DNA of 64,000 nt from an uncultured Trueperaceae bacterium (GTDB taxonomy: Bacteria > Deinococcota > Deinococci > Deinococcales > Trueperaceae): NCBI GenBank assembly GCA_963799485.1, contig CAWCXJ010000004.1, forward strand, positions 64,001 to 128,000, given 5' to 3'. Within the stretch, counting starts at the first letter, position 1, and each line of letters opens with the position of its first letter. Shown here one piece after another: positions 35,258 through 43,682 of the stretch. Both the position numbers and the translations under genes were made by a program. The notes under the pieces were generated by a model. That model worked only from the letters and a program-made list of their open reading frames with translations, was not told where the DNA came from and searched no databases.

Positions 35258-36203
35258 TCACATTGGCCCCAGAGCGGCGCATTGTGCGCGTGCAGCGAGG
35301 GTTTGAAAGGCTTTCACGAGTTCAGGGGGTTCTGCGACCCCGAGTCCACACCCCAAACACAGCAGCGTCACCGCAAACTCGGCCAAATTGCTCACCCCAC
35401 GGCGCAAGCGTGTCCCGCCGCCTTCAGCTTCTAAAATGGCCCGCGCACCAACACGCCGCCGCAGCGTTTCGGGCAGCGCGTCCAGCCACACCGAAACCTC
35501 CCACGGCGCAGGCGCAAAGGCGATGCTCTCACGGAGAAACGCCGCCATCTCAAATACGGGGCGTTCAAACGTTCTTTTAGGATCACCGCCGTTTCGATAC
35601 GGTCAACTCTAAATAGCCGTAAGTCTCGCCGTAAAAGGCAGTAGCCGCCCAAAAACCAGCGCCCGCTGTGCTGCATCAGGCAAGGCTCCACACCCCGCAC
35701 ACTCACCGCGCCGCCTTTTTTACGGTAGCCCAGACAGACGCGTTTACGGGACTGAACAGCGCTCGCCAAACGCGTCAGGAGCGTAATATCTGTGCCGACA
35801 ACCCACCCCGGACGCTCGCGCTCGAGCACAGCCCGGAGCGCTGCAACCTGCTCACTCACGGTTTCGGGGAGAACCCTTGCCGGTTTTGCCTTGACGCCCG
35901 CCGCCGGAGCCGTTTCACTGAGACCCAAGAATACGAGCGCGTCGAGGCCGATTGCGACGGCAAACGCCTCTTCGGCGCCGAACCTCAGGGGTGGCAAGCG
36001 AAACCCCGGTTTGAGCCGGTTTGAGCCGCCCGGTCCCCGGCTGCTTGCCACCGGAATCCCCAAATCCTGTAGCCGCGCCACGTAGCGCTGCACCGTCCGG
36101 ACGGAGACTTCCATCCGGGCCGCAAGGTCGCCGCCCGACAGCCGCCCGTGCGTTTGGAGCAGTCTCGAGTACCGTCAACACGCGCAGCGAAGGGTCGTAA
36201 TAT
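35258..36203 (-). pseudogene. YafY-type HTH-WYL transcriptional regulator with several frameshifts
   Basis: YDPSLRVLTVLE / LLQ...LAARMEVSVRTVQRY..LQDLG / LPPL.F..EEA / WFLGGYCLLRRDLRLFRVDRI / EPPEL spread over three frames. Confidence 0.82.
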
Positions 36204-36469
36204 ACGCTGACTATGCTATAAAGTCCCGACAAGCCTTGACGGGAACTCGCGCTAGACTCTCTTTGAAGCCGCAAAACATCACCGGAACATCACAGTTTTT
36301 ACGGCTCGAGGAGCAACCACGACCACCCAAACCGATACAGCCAGGGCTTACGCAATGACCATTTTAAGGGAAGGAGTTAAGCTGTTGTGAGAGATAATCA
36401 TCGAGCAAGCCATGTTTGGGGCGATAAAGGGTTGTACCTCGAGCACGTTCAAAGCTCTGTTTAATACCT

Positions 36470-39400
36470 TCACGGTGCTCCTTGCTTTAGCAGCCGCTCG
36501 ACCATCGTGCCGACGTAGTTGTGGTCGGCGTCGTAGGCAGAGCTTTTTTGAAACAGCACGTGGTAATCGCAAAATCCACGCTCACCGAGCGTTTTGTCCC
36601 ACCAATTTACGTCCGCGAGCGGCGTCCCGGAGACGATAAACGAGTTCAGGACGAGGTTAGGGTCGCCCAGTTTCTGCTCGAACGCTTTGACTTTCTTGTG
36701 GAACATAATTTTGGGGTCTTCCAGTCCGCTCAGGTTGCGCAAGCCCTTGGGGTCTACGAACGTGACAAACTGCCGCGCACCGTCTATAACCCAGAGGATG
36801 AAATCGGGGTAAAAGTTTTCCTCGGCAAAAAAGCCTAGACCTTTGCCCCGGCTCTGATTGCGCAGCAGGTAGACTTTTTTGCCTTTGAGCAGGGTGTTCG
36901 GGCGCTCAAGATAACTCTTTAAGTCGTAGGTAAAATCCTTTTCGCCCTCGTTCAGTGCTACCGGGCTGACCGATACCCCTTTAGCCCAGCTTGCGATAAG
37001 TGGATAATACTGATGGACACCGAGACCGTAAGCGTAAAAGTCTCCAAAAGCTACATCTCCGCTCTCACCCCGCTCGAGCTTTTCTTTCAGTGCGTCCAGC
37101 TTGGTGAGCAGTTCCTTTTCCGGCGCGTCTACAGTTACCTTGTAGTGTAGGGCGAAGTTACCGCTCTCCGCTGAAAGCGTCTGCACCTCCAAGCGCTCGC
37201 CCTCCCACGCAGCCTTGTGATAGGTGTAGAAGCGCTCGAGATACTTTTTCAGCAGCGCCGCCCCGACCTCTTGCCAGACGCGCACCTGGGCAAACGAGGT
37301 AAAGCGGAGTTCCCGCTCCGGAATCTCGAGCTTGTACCAGTCGTGGCGGGCTAAAAGCTCCCTTACCGCCTCTTTCGAGACGCTGACGTTGTGCCAGCCG
37401 CGCTCGTACTTGAAGCGCTGAAGCTCAAAGGTAAGCGCGTCCAGGTCTAAAAGTGCCACGTGTTTTGCGTCTAATGAACCCGTGTGAAGCGTGACGCTGC
37501 CGTTACCCGTTTTGACACCCTTACTCTGCGCCGCAGAAAGCTTCGGATACCAGTTGACCGCTACGGGCCTTTTGGCGAGCGCATCCGGCGGCGGCCCCAG
37601 CACCACTTTGGGGCCAGCTTGCTTGAACTCGAGCCCGCCCTGAATCCCGATGACCTTGAGCGGCTCGGTCGCCAGCGTTCTGATAATCGGCAGCGTATAC
37701 TCGACGCGCTTATCGTTGGTCGGGATGCCTTCTTCCTCGAGGTATTCCTTGAAGTGCTGCATGTAATCTGCGCGCACGCCGAAAATGCCGAGTGTCTCGA
37801 CAAGTGGCAGGTACTCCGGCGCGGGTGTTCCCAACGCGCTGCTACGCTTCAAAGAGCCCTCAAAACCCCTGAGCCGCACCCCGCGCCCGAACAGCTGGAT
37901 AATCTCACTGCCTTCTGAGCGCCCGATGTTCATGAGCCCCATCACCCCGACCCGCCAGCTGCTCCAGCCTTCAGTAAACTTTTTCGAGCCGATGAGGACG
38001 TTTAAGCTCGAGCCCTTCTCGTTGATACTCCGAAAAAGCGATTCGGAAAAGTCCGCCTCTTCGGTGAGCAGCGCCTCCGGGTGTCCTTCGCAGAGCGCCA
38101 TGAGTGCGGGCGCGTCGCCGACGTTGATGACGCCGAAAGGCTCGTTTTCGCCCAGACGAAGGGCGATTTCACCGTCTGCTGCTTTGACCCTCGAGACGTG
38201 CAATCTGCCTGTACCGCCTGCGTTAAAGACCCGCTTCAAAATGTCTTGGTACAGCTCTGAAACATTAAGCTTGTCTTTCTCTTTGACCTTGACCAGATAG
38301 CTGAAACTCTTGGCAAAAGCGTCGGTGCCGGCTCCCGACAATAGCCCGGTATGCCCGCTCAGCAGCGTTTCGATACGTCGCAGCACTGTCTCCCGCTCAG
38401 AGGTCAACGAGGCCAAGAACAGCAGCACGTCGAGCACGTCCGAGACCTTTTGTCCCTTTTCAGAACGCACCGCCGTCACCGTGCCGCCGACAAAAACCCA
38501 CAAGGGTTTCTCGAGCCCATACGGTGCAAACACCTGCGCGTGGTCTTCGTAGACGCGGAGCTGCTGGTAAAACGTCAAAAGACAGGCAGTGAGATAAAGT
38601 TGCCGGGTTTCCTCTGCACCTTTGTCCAGGTTAAAGATACGAAAGTCCTTGCCGAAACCGTCGGCGTAAAAGTAGCGGTACGAGTAGTCGAACAAGATGC
38701 ACTTGGCGTACTCCGCCTTCAGGTCGTCTTTTTTGCTCGCCTTGACCGCCTGCCCGAAGGTCGCCGAGTACTCGAAGGCAAACCCGTCAGCGGAGAGCGC
38801 GTCGCGGCGACGTTTCCACTCGAGCCCCGAACTGCCCCGGTGCCCCTCGTCCACCAACACCAGGTTGTTGCCCTCGAAGGCGTCCACGGCGACCGTCTTC
38901 TCGCCCGAGTCCTCCGCGAGCTTGTGAATGTCGATGACCTCGACCGCGCCACCCGAAAAGAGACTTCCCGCTTCTTTTTGAAACCGCACCGCCTCAATCC
39001 CCGACGCCGCAAACTCTTTTAAGTGCTGATTTGACAGCCCCTCGTTGGGCGTCAGCAAAATCACGCGGTTGATAGCACCCTCTCGCCCGTGACGCTTGGC
39101 GTAGTACCGGTACTGCAAGATGTTCACGTGCATCAAAAGCGTCTTGCCCGAGCCTGTGGCGTTCCAGAAGGCGAGCTTACGCAGCTCATTCGGCTCATAC
39201 GGTGGCAGCGCCGTCCCCAGCTCGTCGTTTACGGCGTCTAGCTGCGCGTTCAGCCCCGCCAACAGCCCGTCCGGGTCTCTAAAGTAGGCGTCCAGGTAGA
39301 TTTCGGCGAAGAGCAGCGAGAGGTACTGAAAGTACTTCCAGCGAATCGGCTCTGCCCGCGTCTGGCTGATGGCTAACGTGTGCGAGACGATGTTCTCGTC

Positions 39401-39697
39401 ATAGCCCAAAAGCAGCTCTTTGGTGAGCGTACCGACGACGCCCACGTGTCCCTGGTGAGACAGCCGCTCCGAGCGCCCGAGCCGGTGCGTCAGCTCGTGG
39501 TGAAACTGCGAGACGTTGTTCTCGTCGAGCCGCTCCAGAGCCGTATCTTTCAGGTCGCCGGTCAGCTCTTCCAACGTCTTCACCCCGAAAAGCCCCAGCA
39601 GGTAGCGGTTTAAGACGAGCTGCCGGTCGAGCCGCACGTCCGGCTTTTTTGCCCTTGTCGTTTTCTTTGTGGCTTTAGCTTTTGCGGCGACCGTCAT
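36470..39697 (-). CDS. res: Type III restriction enzyme Res subunit (SF2 helicase plus PD-(D/E)XK nuclease)
   Basis: NATGSGKT, VDEGH, EYSATF, FTEGW, QLFGRGVRL, FYPDFILW...FVDPKG; overlaps the mod stop. Confidence 0.88.
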   Translation of the reverse strand: MTVAAKAKATKKTTRAKKPDVRLDRQLVLNRYLLGLFGVKTLEELTGDLKDTALERLDENNVSQFHHELTHRLGRSERLSHQGHVGVVGTLTKELLLGYDENIVSHTLAISQTRAEPIRWKYFQYLSLLFAEIYLDAYFRDPDGLLAGLNAQLDAVNDELGTALPPYEPNELRKLAFWNATGSGKTLLMHVNILQYRYYAKRHGREGAINRVILLTPNEGLSNQHLKEFAASGIEAVRFQKEAGSLFSGGAVEVIDIHKLAEDSGEKTVAVDAFEGNNLVLVDEGHRGSSGLEWKRRRDALSADGFAFEYSATFGQAVKASKKDDLKAEYAKCILFDYSYRYFYADGFGKDFRIFNLDKGAEETRQLYLTACLLTFYQQLRVYEDHAQVFAPYGLEKPLWVFVGGTVTAVRSEKGQKVSDVLDVLLFLASLTSERETVLRRIETLLSGHTGLLSGAGTDAFAKSFSYLVKVKEKDKLNVSELYQDILKRVFNAGGTGRLHVSRVKAADGEIALRLGENEPFGVINVGDAPALMALCEGHPEALLTEEADFSESLFRSINEKGSSLNVLIGSKKFTEGWSSWRVGVMGLMNIGRSEGSEIIQLFGRGVRLRGFEGSLKRSSALGTPAPEYLPLVETLGIFGVRADYMQHFKEYLEEEGIPTNDKRVEYTLPIIRTLATEPLKVIGIQGGLEFKQAGPKVVLGPPPDALAKRPVAVNWYPKLSAAQSKGVKTGNGSVTLHTGSLDAKHVALLDLDALTFELQRFKYERGWHNVSVSKEAVRELLARHDWYKLEIPERELRFTSFAQVRVWQEVGAALLKKYLERFYTYHKAAWEGERLEVQTLSAESGNFALHYKVTVDAPEKELLTKLDALKEKLERGESGDVAFGDFYAYGLGVHQYYPLIASWAKGVSVSPVALNEGEKDFTYDLKSYLERPNTLLKGKKVYLLRNQSRGKGLGFFAEENFYPDFILWVIDGARQFVTFVDPKGLRNLSGLEDPKIMFHKKVKAFEQKLGDPNLVLNSFIVSGTPLADVNWWDKTLGERGFCDYHVLFQKSSAYDADHNYVGTMVERLLKQGAP

Positions 39698-42600
39698 CAA
39701 ACGTCCCTCAGGTTAGGGGCACTGGCCCCGTCAGACCTAACGTCGAACATCAGCCGCTGAAACTCTTCCTCAATCAGCCGCACTTTCCACGTCTCGTCTT
39801 CACGCCGTAAATTCTGCAAGTTGTTGTCCCCGTTGACGTAAATCAGATCGAACTCCATATCGCGCGGGTTGTACTTCTGCTTGGCGAAAAAACCCTCGAG
39901 CGCCCCGTTATCTTTTTCGTCTAAGTTGCGCCAAATCACCAGCACTTTTTCTCCTGCCAGTGTCTGCCCCGTCACCACCCGAAAGCCCTGAAGCGTCTCG
40001 GTGGTCTTGACCTGCAACCCCAGCAGGTAGTTAAACGTCTCGATAAGGTCAACCTTGGTAGGCCGCGTTTCGCCCGCGCTGCTCGTGGCAATCTTCAGCT
40101 CATACGCAAAGGGGTTTTGAAACCCGTCTATGTTTAGGAGTGACGCGCTGCCCCGCGTTTCCACGTCGAGCATGTAGTGCAGCAGGTAGTCCTCCCGAAA
40201 ACCCTTCATGTCGTCGCCGGAGAACGTAAGCGCACCCTGCCCGGTGGATGGTTTTTTGACCTCGAGGTTATTCAGCGCGTCCTCGTAACTCTCCAGCCGC
40301 AACACCTTGATGAGCTGGCTGCTACCCTCGCGCGACACCGGTTTCCCGTCTTTCCAGTCTTTGCTATAGACGACCTTCTGAATACGCGGTTTCAAGACCG
40401 ACTCGAAGTAGTCGCCCATCTCCACCAGGATGTACTTGCGCGCGCCGCCGTCCTCGCGGTTGAGGTTGATGACGGCGTGGGCGGTGGTGCCGGAGCCTGC
40501 GAAGTAGTCGAAAATAGTATCAGTGTTTGTTACTGCCTGATTCACCAAAGTTTTTATCAACGTAACAGGCTTTGGGAAACTCAAGTCTATCTGCGGCCCA
40601 AACAGTTCTTTAAGGTTTTTCGTTCCGTCTGCCGTGTAGCCAACCACACTAGAAAATCCCGTAAAATCAGACTTCAGTTCTAGTTCGTACGTTTTTTTCC
40701 TTGGGCGTCCGTTGACTGATTCCGGCCATAGTATCCGGTTCTCCGATATTCTATGGGCCATCGAGTTTGGGTCATACCTCCAACCCTTGTCTGGACATTT
40801 GTATAAGCCTACCTTCACTTCTCGACCATCCAAGGGATTAGGAACGATTCCAGAGGAAAGCACTCTATTAAGCTCTATCGAAACACATATAAAAATAAGT
40901 TGCTCACCCTCAAGCGCTTTATTGACAGCAAAATTTTTGGGAACTTCCAAGCTTTTTTGTGCGATTTCCACAAAAGTAATTCCAGATTTGCTTTTGAAAT
41001 CGTCTAATCGGCATACGAAAATGTGGTAATGAAGATTCGGCCTTGCTGAGCGGTTTGCTAAGCCCACCATGTTGTCGCTCATCCAAGAACCGCGCACGTC
41101 ATTATCGGGATTGGCATACTTGCTTAAATCTTTTTCAGCACCTCGTAATTTAACTCCGTATGCAAGCACAAATTCATGGTCGTTCGATATGTTGTCAACA
41201 GCACGACTATCTACATTTTGACGGCTCTTCCAAATTAGATTTGCCATGAACGAAGGTTTACTTATTATGGGTTCGACCATTGAGCGCAATCGGTATTCTT
41301 CGCTGTCATCGCAAGAAATAAAAAGTACACCCCCGTCAGCAAGCGTGAGCGCAGAAATAGTCAATCTGTCCTGCATCATCGAAAGCCAGCTCGAGTGTTG
41401 GTAGTTGTCTTTGTACGCAAACCCGTCGCCGCCCGTGTTGTACGGCGGGTCAATGTAAATACACTTCACCTGCTCCTTGTACCGCGCTTGCAACAGGTTC
41501 AGCGCCCCAAAGTTCTCGCTCTTCACCAGCAGCCCGTCCGTCTGTGCGTCCAGGTCGTCAAACGTAGAGAGCAGCTTGTCCTTGAACGCCGCGCCGTAAA
41601 ACTGCGTGTCTAAGACCAAATACGGGTTGGCCTCTAAAAACGCGCGGGTCAGCGGTTCGCTGTAGCCGCCTAACTCATCAATAGCAAAAAGCTGCACCCA
41701 CTCCCGGCGCTGCGCCTCGTTTACGGCGACCTCATCCAAAAGGTCTGCCGCGTCCCCCGTAAACTTGTCGAGCGTCACGCAGTACTCAGAAGCCACCACA
41801 AACTTCTTTTTGAGCCAGAGCTTTTTTTGAAAGTTCTCTAACTGCGCCAGCAGCTCGATAATCTTGTGCGCCACGCCGCGCATCGCCCGGACGCGGGCAA
41901 GTTGTGACAGGGCGCGGGTTTCGCCTTCGGCCTCTAAATCGTCGAGCTGCAAGACTTCGTTTTTGATAAAAAAGTCCAGCTCGCGCCGTAAAAAGCCGCG
42001 CAGGTCTTTGTGAATGAAGTAGTCGAAGGAGTTTTTGGCGGTGTAGTCCGAGAGTTGCTTTTCTAATATGGTGCGCTTAACTGCGTCATTCGGGACTTTG
42101 TATTTGGGAACGTAAACTTCGTTTAGCGCTTTAATCCACTCGTCGAAACCTTCTTGCTCCGAGATAGTTTTTGCAGCGTTCTCATTCAGCTTTTTCTGCT
42201 TTTCACCGCTCACCCGGTAGGTAAAACGCACCGTCAGCTCGCCGTTTTCTTCTTCTAGCGGCGGCTCAGCCAGGATAAAGCGGCGCTCTTTGCCGGACTC
42301 GGCCTTGTTGTTGTTCGCGTCGGTGTCGGCGTCGGCGAGTTTGAAGTGGACGCGGCGGCCCTCTTCGTTTACGGCAGCCGGGTTTACAGCGGACGGGTTT
42401 ACAGCAGGTAGGGTAAACGTGTAGTCCCGAAACGCTTCGCTGCTCTTGACGTAGTACTGGTCGGCGTTCGCCCAGTGCAGTTTGACCTCTTCGCCCTCGT
42501 AGGGGATGGCGTACACGTCACGCTTGTAGCGGCGCAGGCTTAAAAAGTCGCCGTTTTGGTAGTAGCGCCGGAAAAATCCGGCGAGGTCGTTGTAGATGTC

Positions 42601-42939
42601 GGCCTCTAGCGCGCCCAGGTCGGCGGCGGCGGCGAGTTGGCGGCGCAGCTCCTGCACGGGTTGAGACTTGTCCGGGTCGCCCCCATAGCGCAGGGTGTTT
42701 TCGGTCTCCTGTTTGAGCTTGGCCTCGAGCTCGGCGCGGTTGCCCCTGGCGAGTTTGCCCAGCTCGGTCTGCACCTGCGGCAGCAAATCAACGTCTAAAA
42801 AGCTCGTAATCTCGTCGCGCTTGGCGTTCATGATGCGGTAGATCCCGAAATCGAGGTCGGCCTGGTCGAACTGGAACAGCTCTGAAAGAACATCCCTCAG
42901 TTTTTTGAAGCGTGGGGAGGGGCTTAGGGTTTGCGTCAT
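39697..42939 (-). CDS. mod: Type III R-M Mod subunit, amino-methyltransferase of about 1080 aa
   Basis: DLDFGIYRIMN, DYFIHKDL, IYIDPPYNTG, variable TRD, FPKP, DYFAGSGTT, YILVEMG. Confidence 0.92.
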   Translation of the reverse strand: MTQTLSPSPRFKKLRDVLSELFQFDQADLDFGIYRIMNAKRDEITSFLDVDLLPQVQTELGKLARGNRAELEAKLKQETENTLRYGGDPDKSQPVQELRRQLAAAADLGALEADIYNDLAGFFRRYYQNGDFLSLRRYKRDVYAIPYEGEEVKLHWANADQYYVKSSEAFRDYTFTLPAVNPSAVNPAAVNEEGRRVHFKLADADTDANNNKAESGKERRFILAEPPLEEENGELTVRFTYRVSGEKQKKLNENAAKTISEQEGFDEWIKALNEVYVPKYKVPNDAVKRTILEKQLSDYTAKNSFDYFIHKDLRGFLRRELDFFIKNEVLQLDDLEAEGETRALSQLARVRAMRGVAHKIIELLAQLENFQKKLWLKKKFVVASEYCVTLDKFTGDAADLLDEVAVNEAQRREWVQLFAIDELGGYSEPLTRAFLEANPYLVLDTQFYGAAFKDKLLSTFDDLDAQTDGLLVKSENFGALNLLQARYKEQVKCIYIDPPYNTGGDGFAYKDNYQHSSWLSMMQDRLTISALTLADGGVLFISCDDSEEYRLRSMVEPIISKPSFMANLIWKSRQNVDSRAVDNISNDHEFVLAYGVKLRGAEKDLSKYANPDNDVRGSWMSDNMVGLANRSARPNLHYHIFVCRLDDFKSKSGITFVEIAQKSLEVPKNFAVNKALEGEQLIFICVSIELNRVLSSGIVPNPLDGREVKVGLYKCPDKGWRYDPNSMAHRISENRILWPESVNGRPRKKTYELELKSDFTGFSSVVGYTADGTKNLKELFGPQIDLSFPKPVTLIKTLVNQAVTNTDTIFDYFAGSGTTAHAVINLNREDGGARKYILVEMGDYFESVLKPRIQKVVYSKDWKDGKPVSREGSSQLIKVLRLESYEDALNNLEVKKPSTGQGALTFSGDDMKGFREDYLLHYMLDVETRGSASLLNIDGFQNPFAYELKIATSSAGETRPTKVDLIETFNYLLGLQVKTTETLQGFRVVTGQTLAGEKVLVIWRNLDEKDNGALEGFFAKQKYNPRDMEFDLIYVNGDNNLQNLRREDETWKVRLIEEEFQRLMFDVRSDGASAPNLRDV

Positions 42940-43343
42940 GAGGGTCTCCAAACATTTGCGTTCAGGATGTCAAAGTGATGGTCGAACGTCCAAATCGCCA
43001 CCTCAAACTCCGCCGAGAGTACCGCTAGAAGCGTGTCGTAGGGGGACAAGTCTTGGTCGGGATACTGCTCAGCCAGAGTTAGCGCAGCGTCATAGTGGAC
43101 GCTGCGAGGATTGATACGGTCTGCGCCGTGTGCGAGCGAGCTGATAAAGCGAGTAGCAAAATCCGCGTGCGTGCGTCTTGAAAGAAGTTTATGCGTCTCG
43201 AGCAGAATGGGCTGCGGTATCAGCAGCGTATATCCCAGAGCGTGAAGCTGCGACAGCTCGGTCTCGGCGCGTCCGTGCAGTTCGTCTCTCGTCAAGGCGT
43301 AAGCGTAGAGCGGCCCGGTGTCCGCGAGGATTTGCCGGGGCAT
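42936..43343 (-). CDS. PIN-domain (VapC-like) toxin
   Basis: ILADTGPLYA...DELH...ILLET...DLSPYD...IWTFDHHF acidic PIN motifs. Confidence 0.88.
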   Translation of the reverse strand: MPRQILADTGPLYAYALTRDELHGRAETELSQLHALGYTLLIPQPILLETHKLLSRRTHADFATRFISSLAHGADRINPRSVHYDAALTLAEQYPDQDLSPYDTLLAVLSAEFEVAIWTFDHHFDILNANVWRPS

Positions 43344-43619
43344 CTATTTTGCGCCGCTATTTTTCACCGGGTAAGACAGTTCGGCGTAAGCATCGTGATT
43401 GAGGCTGACATCGGGTTCAACTTCGGCGTCTGAGGTCGGCAGCTCGAGTCGGCCTTTGGCCGGTTGTAGCTCGACTGCCGCCCACTTCTGCGCCTCGAGA
43501 AACTCCTCGAGCGCCGTCTGCACCACCGTGTTGAGGCTCGGCGGCGTTTTCTGCCTCGCCATGTAGCTGCTGAGTTTGGTCTCGAGTTCGTCCGAAAAGG
43601 TAATCGTCGCGCGTTTCAT
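43344..43619 (-). CDS. Putative antitoxin (ribbon-helix-helix-like N-terminus)
   Basis: MKRATITFSDELE...SLNTVVQTALEEFL...DVSLNHDAY; abuts the PIN gene. Confidence 0.75.
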   Translation of the reverse strand: MKRATITFSDELETKLSSYMARQKTPPSLNTVVQTALEEFLEAQKWAAVELQPAKGRLELPTSDAEVEPDVSLNHDAYAELSYPVKNSGAK

Positions 43620-43682
43620 ACCGTAATTTAGCATGAATACACCAGGTTCACCAGAACGTGCGGTGTTTTTACGGCGCACACC

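Noticed and set aside
42367..42408. Phase-variable (phasevarion) repeat tract in mod
   Set aside because: The units are imperfect 15-mers, in frame, only about three copies; copy-number change would not switch the frame.
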